From assembly GCA_964406665.1 (NCBI GenBank), contig CAYOSQ010000008.1, positions 3,933 through 67,932 on the forward strand: 64,000 bases of DNA, written 5' to 3'. The notes below the pieces were generated by a model. That model did not search any database and was not told the DNA's origin. It was given only the letters and a program-made list of their open reading frames with translations. The stretch is from an uncultured Planctomycetia bacterium. Lineage in GTDB: Bacteria; Omnitrophota; Gorgyraeia; VGKH01; JBHPFN01. The first letter of the stretch is position 1, and each line of letters starts with the position of its first letter. The position numbers and the translations under genes were made by a program. Shown here one piece after another: positions 17,672 to 27,433 of the stretch.

Positions 17672-18637
17672 ATGAAAAAAATAAAAGACATTGCATTTTT
17701 TGTACTAAGGGCCAGCATAACCATAGGTTTGCTGGTTTTCTTGTTTGTTAAGATAGTTGATATCGAAACTATCTGGGAAAGTATCCAGAATATCGACATT
17801 GCTCAGTTTGTGCTTGCGGCTAGTCTGTTTGCATTAGCTATTTTTCTTTTAATATGTAGATGGACGGTGTTGCTTAAAGCACTGGATATTAAGGTTCCCT
17901 TTTTAAGGGTGATAACCGCTTATATGGTGGGATTGTTTTGTAATCTTTTTTTTCCAAGTAGCATAGGAGGAGATTTGGTCCGAGGATTAGATCTTGCTAA
18001 ATACGAAAAATCTAGGTTAAAGCTTTTTGCGACTGTCGTGTTAGACCGTTTGATAGGATTTGTTTCTGTGGTTATGTTGGCTTTTTTGGGATTGTTGTTT
18101 TCGTATAAGCGTTTTGTCAACGATGTTATAGTTCTATATTCCGTTGGTATTTTAGCGGTTGTACTTTGTTTTACTTTGATAATTTTGTTTAACAGGGGAA
18201 TTTTCTCTAAACTAGCTTCAATATTTAATAGATTTGAAAAGGTAAAGCAAGGCTTGATGAATTTTAATGAGTATATGATTTTTTTCCGTAACAAAAGAAA
18301 GATTTTGGCTTTTAATCTTGTTTTATCTTTCATCATACAGGTATTAAGCTCTGTTATTTATTATCTTATTGGGTTATCGCTGGGGTTGGACACGCCTTTA
18401 ATTTATTATTTAGTTCTTATCCCCATAGTTAATACTATTTCTGTTTTGCCTATTACGATTGGTGGCTTGGGATTAAGAGATTGTAGTGCAAAATTCTTCT
18501 TTGAGAAAGTTGGCATGCTTGCCAGCCATGCAGTGAGCTTATCACTTATCTGGTTTTTCTTTACCGCGGTAGTAGGATTAATAGGTGGAGTTTTATATGT
18601 CTGTACATTACCTTCTAGACGGATACAACATAATTAA
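17672..18637 (+). CDS. lysylphosphatidylglycerol synthase TM / UPF0104 flippase-like membrane protein
   Basis: RW, NLFFPSSIGGD, DR, LPITIGGLGLRD; multi-pass. Confidence 0.88.
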   Translation: MKKIKDIAFFVLRASITIGLLVFLFVKIVDIETIWESIQNIDIAQFVLAASLFALAIFLLICRWTVLLKALDIKVPFLRVITAYMVGLFCNLFFPSSIGGDLVRGLDLAKYEKSRLKLFATVVLDRLIGFVSVVMLAFLGLLFSYKRFVNDVIVLYSVGILAVVLCFTLIILFNRGIFSKLASIFNRFEKVKQGLMNFNEYMIFFRNKRKILAFNLVLSFIIQVLSSVIYYLIGLSLGLDTPLIYYLVLIPIVNTISVLPITIGGLGLRDCSAKFFFEKVGMLASHAVSLSLIWFFFTAVVGLIGGVLYVCTLPSRRIQHN

Positions 18638-19079
18638 ACAAATCCCTTCTTTAATAAAACCTAAGCTTAAAGATTCGAGAGAGGCGCTTATGCGTTTAAT
18701 TGACACTGAACGTCCTCAGGGAAGCAAAAAGAATGCTGTTACTATTGTTTTTGATGGTAAAGATGATTGTTTCTTTGAAAAGAGTAAATATAGTACTGAT
18801 GTAATATTTTCAAAAAGAGAAACAGCTGATGATTTGATTAAGCGTTTAGTTAAGCGTTCTCATAACCCAAAGGGCATTATTTTGGTAAGCGATGATAGGG
18901 AGTTAGGCTTTTCTGTGCGCATGCAGGGGGCTAAGATATTGAAGGTAGCTGATTTTTTATCAAAGATCACAAGTCGCAGACGTCAGCAGAAAAAGATCCG
19001 AATGGAAGAAAGAAAAGAAATATCACAGACAGATAAATCAGTAATCAACGAAGAGCTTAAGAAGGTTTGGATTAAATAG
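18597..19079 (+). CDS. YacP/Rae1-like NYN-domain nuclease
   Basis: LLDGYN, VFDG, TADDLI, VSDD; start set to ATG 18597 behind the ggtggag RBS. Confidence 0.88.
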   Translation: MSVHYLLDGYNIIKQIPSLIKPKLKDSREALMRLIDTERPQGSKKNAVTIVFDGKDDCFFEKSKYSTDVIFSKRETADDLIKRLVKRSHNPKGIILVSDDRELGFSVRMQGAKILKVADFLSKITSRRRQQKKIRMEERKEISQTDKSVINEELKKVWIK

Positions 19080-19082
19080 ATT

Positions 19083-19862
19083 ATGGTTAAGAAAAATAGT
19101 AAAGAACAATGGATTAAGTTTTTAGGTACAGCTGGAGCCCGTTTTGTAATGATTAAGCAGCTGCGTTCTTCCGGCGGTATTTGGATTCATTCTTGCGCAA
19201 CAGATATATTAATTGATCCTGGTCCAGGCAGTATAGTTCGCTGTGCTAATAGTAGGCCTAAGCTTGATCCTACAAAATTAGATGCGATAATTTTAACCCA
19301 TAGGCATCTTGATCATTCTAATGATATCAACGTTATGATCGAGGCGATGACTGAAGGAGGGTTTAAAAAAAGAGGTACTGTATTTTTACCCGCAGATGCT
19401 ATCGACAAAGATTCTATAATACTGAAACATCTTAGAAAGTTTCCTGGAAAGATTATAAAGTTAAAAGCCGGTGAAACATATCGTATAGGGGAAGTAAAGT
19501 TTTCAGTACCAGTTAAGCAGATACATTCTGTGGAGACTTACGGATTGATATTTAATTTTGATAAGCATAAAGTGTCTTTTATCTCGGATACAAAATATTT
19601 TAAAGATTTAATAAAATACTATCAGGGTGATATAATTATAATTAATACAGTATTTTTTGAACCAAGGGAAAGAATCGAACATTTAAATATTCAAGATGTA
19701 AAAGAAATTGTCAGAGGAATTAAGCCGAAGAAAGCGATACTTACACATTTTGGTATGTCTATGGTTAAGGCTAAACCTCATGAATTAGCTAAGCAATTGA
19801 CTGATGAATTGAAAACAGATGTCGTCGCAGCGTATGACGGTATGAAGCTAGAGCTGGATTAA
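19083..19862 (+). CDS. MBL-fold metallo-hydrolase
   Basis: FLGTAG, IDPG, THRHLDHSND (HxHxDH), SDT, THFG. Confidence 0.9.
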   Translation: MVKKNSKEQWIKFLGTAGARFVMIKQLRSSGGIWIHSCATDILIDPGPGSIVRCANSRPKLDPTKLDAIILTHRHLDHSNDINVMIEAMTEGGFKKRGTVFLPADAIDKDSIILKHLRKFPGKIIKLKAGETYRIGEVKFSVPVKQIHSVETYGLIFNFDKHKVSFISDTKYFKDLIKYYQGDIIIINTVFFEPRERIEHLNIQDVKEIVRGIKPKKAILTHFGMSMVKAKPHELAKQLTDELKTDVVAAYDGMKLELD

Positions 19863-19902
19863 AAAGCTAGGAAGCTTAAATTACAAAAAACGGAGAGTTT
19901 AA

Positions 19903-21909
19903 ATGGCTGAAGTATTTGGCTTGATGGATAAAGCGGCTATTATAAAGCAGATGCCGATTTTTTCTAGTTTGAATTTTTTTGATAGGTCTATTGTTGCAAA
20001 AAGCTGTGCTTTAATTAGCTTTGATGCATCTGAGGTAATTTATAGAGAAGATGATCCGCCAAATGCTTTTAACTGTATTGTTTCCGGGAAGGTAAGATTA
20101 TTTGTTCGTTCTGAAAGCGGAGATAAAGAAACTATAGAATATTTAGGCAGAGGAAAATATTTTGGCATAATTTCTCTTTTAACCGGGGAGCCTCATTCTG
20201 TAAGTGCCGAAGTTATCAACGATGCAGTTATTCTTAAAATAGATAAAGAGGAGTTTGATTATTTACTTAAGCGTATTCCCCGTCTAGCTTTAGATTTAAG
20301 CCAAACTCTTTCTCGTCGTCTCAAAAGAAAGAATCTTCACCGTAAAATAATTTTTGAAAGTACGATCGTTTCTGTTTACAGCCCGAGGAAGGTAATAGAT
20401 AAAGCTTTCTATTCTTTAAATTTATCTTGTAGCTTGAAAAAAGAGACAGGAAAGAGAGTTCTATTTGTCAGTTTCAACTTTAAAAATGGCAGTGAGGTAG
20501 ATAGCTTTGATTTCTTAAAAAATAGGTCTTCAATCAATCTAGCAAATATTAAATCTAATGTACAGGGTGTTAAATCTGCTATTTTAGACCATGGTTCAGG
20601 TATTGATATAATAAAAATTATCCATAATAAAAGTGCTGTTGAAGATGCAAATCAGATTGTGCCTTTGTTAAATTTCTTAACTGACGATTATCACTACATA
20701 GTAGTAGATTTACCTTTTGGTAAAGATGAGACCATAACCAAAGCATTAACCCAATCGGACTTGATACATGTTATTTCGGAGGCTAGAGATAGCAATTTAG
20801 CCGAATCAAGGAATTTTATTGTTGAACTGGAGAAAATAACCAAAAAGACAAGCGATAAATTACGTCTGATCTCATTAGACTTAGATAAAAGTTGCAAAGA
20901 AGCTAGTTCTTTAGGAGATGAACCATATGCTACGCTTCCTCGATTTCCTATTAAGCAGCATGCTGATGGTATTGTTATGCATTATCCAGATACTGATTAT
21001 GCAAAGGCATTAAGAAGAATTTCTAGAGAGATTGGGGGAGTGACTATAGGGTTAGCCTTAGGTTGTGGCGCAGCGTCAGGATTAGCTCATATAGGAGTTA
21101 TCAAGGTTTTAGAAAGAGAAAATATACCGATAGATATTTTAGTGGGTTCAAGTATGGGTTCTTTAATCGGAGCTTTTTGGGCTACTGGGATGACACCAAA
21201 GCAGATTGCTAGTATTTTTGTAGACGAGGGGGAACAAATAACCGGAAGTAAGCTTTTGGATTTTACTTTTCCTAAGCTAGGTTTGATATCCGGCAATAAG
21301 ATGGAGCATTTCTTGCGCAGATATATCGGAGATAAAACATTTCATGATGTAAAATTACCCTTTAAGGTCATGGCAAGTAATTTAAAGACTAAAGAAGAAG
21401 TTACCATTGATAAAGGTAGTATCGCAAAAGCAGTGCGTACCAGTATTTCTATTCCTGGTATCGTAGCTCCAGTTAAGTTTGGTGATCAATATCTTTTAGA
21501 CGGGGGGATATTAAATCCGATACCGGTTGGGCCATTGGTTCGAATGGGTATTGGAAAAATCATAGCTGTAAATGTTTTGCCGATTCTTAAAGAACGTAAA
21601 GGTGGATTAAGCTTTCTTGCTGAAAAAAAGGATAAAGATAGAAAGACTATTTTTGGTGGTTTAAAGAAAAAGATTGATAAAAAACTTCAAAAAACCTTTT
21701 CTCCTAATATATTTGATGTTATAGTGGGAAGCCTTGAGGCCATGGAGTATGTTTTAGCTGAGCAGGCATGTCAGCAGGCAGATGTCGTAATAAATCCAGA
21801 AATTGAGCCTTTTGGCTGGTTTGATTTTGTTAGTGCGCAGGAATTAATAAGACTGGGTGAAGAGGAAGCTTTAAAGATGCTTCCTGAAATAAAGAATATG
21901 ATTAAGTAG
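19903..21909 (+). CDS. cNMP-binding domain + degenerate MinD/ParA-like domain + patatin phospholipase fusion
   Basis: N-terminal CRP-like beta-roll; middle SVYSP...YIVVDLP; C-terminal LALGCGAASG, GSSMG, DGG. Confidence 0.85.
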   Translation: MAEVFGLMDKAAIIKQMPIFSSLNFFDRSIVAKSCALISFDASEVIYREDDPPNAFNCIVSGKVRLFVRSESGDKETIEYLGRGKYFGIISLLTGEPHSVSAEVINDAVILKIDKEEFDYLLKRIPRLALDLSQTLSRRLKRKNLHRKIIFESTIVSVYSPRKVIDKAFYSLNLSCSLKKETGKRVLFVSFNFKNGSEVDSFDFLKNRSSINLANIKSNVQGVKSAILDHGSGIDIIKIIHNKSAVEDANQIVPLLNFLTDDYHYIVVDLPFGKDETITKALTQSDLIHVISEARDSNLAESRNFIVELEKITKKTSDKLRLISLDLDKSCKEASSLGDEPYATLPRFPIKQHADGIVMHYPDTDYAKALRRISREIGGVTIGLALGCGAASGLAHIGVIKVLERENIPIDILVGSSMGSLIGAFWATGMTPKQIASIFVDEGEQITGSKLLDFTFPKLGLISGNKMEHFLRRYIGDKTFHDVKLPFKVMASNLKTKEEVTIDKGSIAKAVRTSISIPGIVAPVKFGDQYLLDGGILNPIPVGPLVRMGIGKIIAVNVLPILKERKGGLSFLAEKKDKDRKTIFGGLKKKIDKKLQKTFSPNIFDVIVGSLEAMEYVLAEQACQQADVVINPEIEPFGWFDFVSAQELIRLGEEEALKMLPEIKNMIK

Positions 21910-21923
21910 TAATTTAATCATCG

Positions 21924-21932
21924 TGGTATAAT
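21924..21932 (+). promoter_or_regulatory. extended -10 promoter just upstream of the glgC start (possibly leaderless)
   Basis: TGgTATAAT ending 9 nt before ATG 21942; no Shine-Dalgarno. Confidence 0.45.
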
Positions 21933-21941
21933 TATTCAATT

Positions 21942-23192
21942 ATGAAAATTAACAATTGTTTGGTATTGATATTGGGAGGCGGAAGAGGCACTAGGCTTTT
22001 TCCTCTAACGCTTGAGCGCAGTAAACCTGCTATTGGTTTTGCAGGTAAATATCGCTTGATAGATGTTCCTCTTTCTAATTGTATTAATTCTCAGTTACAT
22101 AATATCTTTGTTCTCACGCAATATCTTGCTACAAGTTTACGACGACATATTTCTCAGACTTATCGATTTGATATTTTTTCTAAAGGTTTTATTGAGACTT
22201 TGGCTGCAGAGCAAACGCAAACTAATTTTGAGTGGTTTCAGGGTACGGCTGATGCGGTACGCAGAAGCCTGAGGCATATTCGCCGCTTACCGCATGAAAA
22301 TATACTTATTCTTTCAGGTGATCATCTTTATAAGATGGATTATCGGGAAATTCTTTCTTTTCATCAGGAGAAAGATGCTGATATCACTATAGCTTCTGTT
22401 CCAATCGAAAAAAAAGAAATATCTCGAATGGGAATATTAAACTGTAGGTCAAACGGCAGGATAATTAATCTTTTAGAGAAGCCGGATAAGAATCAGAACT
22501 TAGAAAGTTTCAAGATTAAGGTAAAACAACAATCTTTAAGAAAATCATTTTTGGCTTCTATGGGGGTTTATGTTTTTAAAAAGGAAGTTTTGTTAAAAAT
22601 GCTAGAGACAACGGATGGAGCTGATTTTGGAAAACAGCTACTGCCTTTAGCCATAGCGAATCATAAAGTTTTTTCTTATATGTTTGATGGTTATTGGGTC
22701 GATATTGGAACTATCAAGAGCTATTTTGATGCAAGTATTAATTTGATTTCTGAAAAACCTCGGTTTAAGCTTTTCGATGAAAAATGGCCTTTGTTTTCCC
22801 ACCCTAGATTTCTTCCTCCGACAAAAATAACAAATTCTAACATAAAAGACTCGATTATTTCTGACGGTGGACAGATATTAGAGGCTAAAATCAATCGTTC
22901 TATTGTTGGTTTGCGAAGTATTATAAAGAAAAATGTCACCATAAATGATTCTGTAATTATGGGAAATGACTATTATGAGCGAAAACTTGTCAATAGAATC
23001 AATAGACCGTCTATCGGCAAGGATACTATGATTAAAAAGGCAATAATAGATAAGAATGTAACAATAGGAGACTATTGTAAGATAGGTTATAAGCGCTACA
23101 AAAAAGACATAGATAACCCTAAGTTTTATGTTAGAGGTGGGGTTGTTATCATTCCTCGTGGAGTTGTTATCCCTTCCAAGAGCGAGTTTTAG
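21942..23192 (+). CDS. glgC: glucose-1-phosphate adenylyltransferase
   Basis: GGGRGTRLFPLT, RSKPA, WFQGTADAV, SGDHLY, EKP, DIGT. Confidence 0.95.
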   Translation: MKINNCLVLILGGGRGTRLFPLTLERSKPAIGFAGKYRLIDVPLSNCINSQLHNIFVLTQYLATSLRRHISQTYRFDIFSKGFIETLAAEQTQTNFEWFQGTADAVRRSLRHIRRLPHENILILSGDHLYKMDYREILSFHQEKDADITIASVPIEKKEISRMGILNCRSNGRIINLLEKPDKNQNLESFKIKVKQQSLRKSFLASMGVYVFKKEVLLKMLETTDGADFGKQLLPLAIANHKVFSYMFDGYWVDIGTIKSYFDASINLISEKPRFKLFDEKWPLFSHPRFLPPTKITNSNIKDSIISDGGQILEAKINRSIVGLRSIIKKNVTINDSVIMGNDYYERKLVNRINRPSIGKDTMIKKAIIDKNVTIGDYCKIGYKRYKKDIDNPKFYVRGGVVIIPRGVVIPSKSEF

Positions 23193-23233
23193 TTCTCTCG
23201 CATTTTATTATATTTGAATATCATCATATCCCT

Positions 23234-23263
23234 TTGTATTACATATCCTTATGTGCGTATAAT
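23234..23263 (+). promoter_or_regulatory. possible sigma70-type promoter
   Basis: TTGTAT-N18-TATAAT upstream of the MgtE-N/CBS gene. Confidence 0.4.
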
Positions 23264-23329
23264 TAGCTTGATTCGTCGAGCATTTTCTGTTAAGATTTAT
23301 TAGCATAAAAAAACGCTAATTTAGGGTAA

Positions 23330-24640
23330 ATGGGTGTAAAAATGAGAAATTCAAACCGCCATGTATTCATTTTCTTTTCACAGTTTCTGAAGAAGGAAAT
23401 TGTCGATAAAAACAATAAATTTATCGGTAAACTCTATGACGTTACTCTTCAGCCTACGGAAGTATACCCTAAGTTGTCAGATATTATTATATCTCAGGGA
23501 TTTGTAAAGAAAAGATTCGCTACTGTTTCTTGGAGTAAGGTTATCGATTTTGATGGTGAAGATATCAGACTAGATGTTGATTCTGAGTCTTTGGAGTTTA
23601 CTCAAGAAAAAGAATCCGTAAATAGTATTTCTCTTTGTAGAGATATATTAGATCAGCAGATAATCGATACTTTTCATCATAATGTTATAAGAGTTAATGA
23701 TGTGCATCTTTTGAGAGTGAATCTGGATTTAATGTTAGCTCATGTTGATATTGGTCCTAGAGGTATTATTAGAAGGCTAGGATTTGAGCCTCTGGCTAAT
23801 TTTATTTTTAAGACGGTATTTAAAAAGCCTAACTATCTTCAGGATGAATTTATCCGCTGGAAGTTCGTTCAGTTGTTGTCGATTAATCCAGTTAGTAAGA
23901 CTATCAAGGTAAATGTTCCTCAAAATCAACTTCGTAACATCCCAACAGCTGATTTCAGCGAAATTATGGAAGATCTTGATCCTAAGTACAGAGCTGCTTT
24001 TTTTAAAGTTTTAGATATTGAGAATAAAAGCAGAATATTTGCCGAGCTCGATTTTAAAAGCCAGAAGTTGCTTATTGAGGAATTAAGTGATAAAGAATCA
24101 GTTGAGATTCTTAGAGAAATCCCTCCTGATGAAGCCGTAGACTTCTTAAGCCGCATGTCCAGAGAAACTACGGATAAGCTTCTCAGTTTGATGGAAGGAT
24201 CGGAGGCGCGCAGGCTTTCTAATCTTTTAGGATATTCAAGCGATACCGCCGGTGGTTTGATGACTACAGAATATATTGCTCTTGCAAAGGATATGGCTAT
24301 TAAAGATGTGTTAAAAGAAATTAAAGCAGAATCAACAAAGGTTGAGACTATCCAGTATGTTTATATTGCTGATGAAGATAATGTTTTAGTTGGCACAACT
24401 TCACTGAAACGACTTATAGTTGCAGACGAAAATGATACGATCTTAAGCGCCGCTTTTCCTAAAACCATTTCTGTAAATGTTGATGCGGGAGTTAAGGAAG
24501 TTGCGTACTTAATGGAAAAATATAGATTTTTTGCAATTCCTGTTGTAGATGATGATAAGAAACTGCAGGGTATAATTACTTTAGATGATATTTTTGAACA
24601 AGTTGTTGCAATTGCCTGGAGAGAGTTTAGAAAAGATTAA
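23330..24640 (+). CDS. soluble PRC-barrel + MgtE N-terminal + CBS-pair protein (no TM domain)
   Basis: LCRDILDQQIID, PPDEAVDFL, Y..DTAGGLMTTEY, GIITLDDI. Confidence 0.85.
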   Translation: MGVKMRNSNRHVFIFFSQFLKKEIVDKNNKFIGKLYDVTLQPTEVYPKLSDIIISQGFVKKRFATVSWSKVIDFDGEDIRLDVDSESLEFTQEKESVNSISLCRDILDQQIIDTFHHNVIRVNDVHLLRVNLDLMLAHVDIGPRGIIRRLGFEPLANFIFKTVFKKPNYLQDEFIRWKFVQLLSINPVSKTIKVNVPQNQLRNIPTADFSEIMEDLDPKYRAAFFKVLDIENKSRIFAELDFKSQKLLIEELSDKESVEILREIPPDEAVDFLSRMSRETTDKLLSLMEGSEARRLSNLLGYSSDTAGGLMTTEYIALAKDMAIKDVLKEIKAESTKVETIQYVYIADEDNVLVGTTSLKRLIVADENDTILSAAFPKTISVNVDAGVKEVAYLMEKYRFFAIPVVDDDKKLQGIITLDDIFEQVVAIAWREFRKD

Positions 24641-24661
24641 TCTTTTAAAACAATACTAAAA

Positions 24662-25915
24662 ATGTTTAATAGGTTTAGAGTTTTTTGGAGAAGTTTCTTG
24701 ATATTCCTGGCCATAATGGGTCCGGGTATTATTACAGCAAACGTAGATAATGATGCCGGTGGCATTACTACATATTCTGTTTGCGGAGCAAGTTTTGGGT
24801 ATAGTTTGCTCTGGGCTTTTATCCCAATCATTATAGCGCTTATTCTTATCCAAGAGATGTGCGGTAGAATGGCAGTAGTTACCGGAAAAGGTCTTGCTGA
24901 TTTAATTCGAGAAAACTTCGGGTTAAAGATTACTTTTTATTCTATGATTATTTTAGTTCTTGCCAATCTGGGAAATACTATGGCAGAATTTGCCGGCATT
25001 GCAGCGAGTGCGGAGCTTTTTAATATTAACAGGAATGTTTTGGTAATCTTGAGTGCGGTTTTTGTCTGGTGGCTTGTTGTTAAGGGAACTTACAAGATTG
25101 TGGAAAAGGTATTTTTGACCGCCTGCTTGTTTTATGTATCATATATTGTCACAGGATTTTTAGTTAAAATTGATTTTGGCGAGGTGGCTTTAAATGTTAT
25201 AAAGCCAGAAATTCATTTTGATAAATATTATCTTTTTATGCTGATTGGTTTAATCGGAACTACTATTGCACCTTGGATGCAATTTTATCAGCAGTCTTCT
25301 ATCGTGGAGAAAGGAATTAAATTAGAGAATTACAAATACAACAAATTAGATATAATTATCGGAAGTTTTATTGTTAATATTGTTGCAGTATTTATTGTTG
25401 TTGTTTGTGCGGCTACATTATTTAAAAACGGTGTTCAGATTGAGAGTGCCCGAGATGCTGCATTGGCGCTTAAACCATTGGCTGGCAAGTGGTGTTTTTA
25501 TCTTTTTGGGTTTGGGTTGTTTAATGCTTCTCTTTTTGCTGCTTCGATTTTGCCGCTTTGTACTGCGTATTCTGTATGTGAAGGGATGGGCTGGGAGCTT
25601 GGAGTAGACAAGCGTTTTAAGGAAGCGCCTCAGTTTTATATCCTTTATACCGGAATTATTGTTTTGGGAGTTTTATTTGTATTGATTCCTGATGCCCCAC
25701 TTATAAAGATTATGTTGATTACTCAGGTTGTTAACGGTTTGCTTTTACCTTTTGTTCTTATATTTATGTTAATTTTAGTTAATAATAAGAGACTCATGGG
25801 TGATTATGTTAACTCTAAAGCGTATAATGTATTTTCATGGTTTGTAGTAATTGGCATGATGGCGCTGTCAGTTGCATTTGTATTTACTTCATTTTTGACT
25901 AACGGAGGAAATTAA
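24662..25915 (+). CDS. NRAMP-family divalent metal transporter, NRMT (Mg2+)-type
   Basis: GPG...DNDAGG in TM1 (instead of DPGN), QEMCGR, GTTIAPWMQFYQQS. Confidence 0.85.
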   Translation: MFNRFRVFWRSFLIFLAIMGPGIITANVDNDAGGITTYSVCGASFGYSLLWAFIPIIIALILIQEMCGRMAVVTGKGLADLIRENFGLKITFYSMIILVLANLGNTMAEFAGIAASAELFNINRNVLVILSAVFVWWLVVKGTYKIVEKVFLTACLFYVSYIVTGFLVKIDFGEVALNVIKPEIHFDKYYLFMLIGLIGTTIAPWMQFYQQSSIVEKGIKLENYKYNKLDIIIGSFIVNIVAVFIVVVCAATLFKNGVQIESARDAALALKPLAGKWCFYLFGFGLFNASLFAASILPLCTAYSVCEGMGWELGVDKRFKEAPQFYILYTGIIVLGVLFVLIPDAPLIKIMLITQVVNGLLLPFVLIFMLILVNNKRLMGDYVNSKAYNVFSWFVVIGMMALSVAFVFTSFLTNGGN

Positions 25916-26745
25916 TGGGAAAAAAGATTTTTGTATGTTTTATTGTTGCATGTTTTATTTTTAATAGTTTTGGCTTGATTAATTTTGCCCAAGCAAGAAC
26001 TTTTGATGAAGATTGGCAACAGGTTAAGGATGATTTTGAATATATCGTTGATTTTCCTGAGAGAATGGATGGGTTAAGCTATGCGACTACCGTTGCTTTG
26101 CTTGGAGCGGCAGGCTATATGTATGCTGAAAAAGATAAGATGCGAGATTGGTTTCAGTCAAATCGCACAGAAGATAGCGATGATTTAGCCGATGTTTTTA
26201 AACCATTAGGTAAAATGTATTTTGCCGGTGGTTTGGCTGCGAGCCTTTATTTAGGGGGTGCTTTATTTAAAAATGACAGAGAAAGAGAAACCGGGCTTAT
26301 GCTATTGGAATCTCTTATCTATACTGGCGCAATAACTGGTTTAGGTCAGATTATACTTGCTGAAGATAGACCTGATGAAGGCGGAGATATGCATTTTTTT
26401 AAAATCGGAGGGCATGGTATTTCTGGTCATGCTGCAACAGCTGCAGCTTTAGCAGGCCCGATAAACAAACAGTATTTACAAATAACAGATGATGATACTA
26501 ATTTCAATCAAGTTATGAAATATACAGGTAAGGCAGTTGTTTACGGTGCACCTTTGTTAACTAGTTGGTCAAGATTGAATGATGACGATCATTTTGTCTG
26601 GAATTGTCTTTTAGGTAGTGCCATAGGTTTTACAATAGGAGAATTAGTTGCTAATGCTCACAGAAAATCTGATGAGCAAAATTTAGCACTTGCTCCTTTT
26701 ATTGAGGAAGATGTAACTGGAGTAGTGGTTAATTATAGATTTTAA
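25915..26745 (+). CDS. PAP2-family phosphatase-like exported/membrane protein
   Basis: Signal peptide; RP, SGHA and SRLxxxxH motifs. Confidence 0.75.
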   Translation: MGKKIFVCFIVACFIFNSFGLINFAQARTFDEDWQQVKDDFEYIVDFPERMDGLSYATTVALLGAAGYMYAEKDKMRDWFQSNRTEDSDDLADVFKPLGKMYFAGGLAASLYLGGALFKNDRERETGLMLLESLIYTGAITGLGQIILAEDRPDEGGDMHFFKIGGHGISGHAATAAALAGPINKQYLQITDDDTNFNQVMKYTGKAVVYGAPLLTSWSRLNDDDHFVWNCLLGSAIGFTIGELVANAHRKSDEQNLALAPFIEEDVTGVVVNYRF

Positions 26746-26769
26746 TTATAAATCAATTTATAAATAGAG

Positions 26770-27396
26770 ATGAAGAAAAAAAGTAAACTGATTGTTGTTT
26801 CAATTATTCTTAATTTATTTTTGTTATTTTCTTTTTGGTATTTTGTTCAATCAAAAAAAGATGGAATGATAACTGGTAATTACTTTAACGGAAATCTTAA
26901 GTTTAGGCATAGCTATAAAGATGGAAAAAAACATGGTATTTGTGAAAAATATGATAAGAATGGTTCGTTAATTTGGAAAGGTCATTACGAAGATGGAATT
27001 TTACTTACAGAAGAATTCTTTAAAGGCAATTTACCTGAACGTAAAAAACTTTATGGAGAAGAAGGAAATTTAGAAATTGATGTATCTTACGGCAAGGGAG
27101 CGAAGACTTATTATGGAAGCGGAGAATTGTCTTCAGAAGCAATGCATGGGGATGGAGCTTCGTCAGTCATGAAAACTTATTATAAGGATGGTGGATTGCA
27201 ATCTGAAATTGAGGTATTAGGTGAAGGCATTCAAAATATTAGACAGTATGACAGAGGCGGTGATTTGATATCTGACAATCAGCTTTCTCTCGAGGAATAT
27301 AATTTAGAAGAATTCAATGTTGAAATGCAGCAAGCTTTTGAACAAATGGAACAGATTAGGCAGCAGAAACTGAAGCAGTATGGAGTTGAAGAATGA
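26770..27396 (+). CDS. membrane-anchored MORN-variant repeat protein (YwqK-like repeats)
   Basis: N-terminal TM; YFNGNLK, YKDGKKHG, YYGSGEL, YYKDGGL repeats. Confidence 0.8.
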   Translation: MKKKSKLIVVSIILNLFLLFSFWYFVQSKKDGMITGNYFNGNLKFRHSYKDGKKHGICEKYDKNGSLIWKGHYEDGILLTEEFFKGNLPERKKLYGEEGNLEIDVSYGKGAKTYYGSGELSSEAMHGDGASSVMKTYYKDGGLQSEIEVLGEGIQNIRQYDRGGDLISDNQLSLEEYNLEEFNVEMQQAFEQMEQIRQQKLKQYGVEE

Positions 27397-27433
27397 AAAG
27401 ATTAGGGAATAAATAGGTAATTTATATTTTTTT

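Noticed and set aside
18597-21909. CBASS/Pycsar anti-phage system
   Set aside because: No cyclase or CD-NTase nearby, the genes sit among housekeeping genes, and the cNMP pocket is non-canonical.
26770-27396. YwqK antitoxin of a toxin-antitoxin pair (also the 46-49 kb protein)
   Set aside because: Similarity is limited to generic MORN-variant repeats, both proteins are exported or anchored, and no toxin gene is adjacent.
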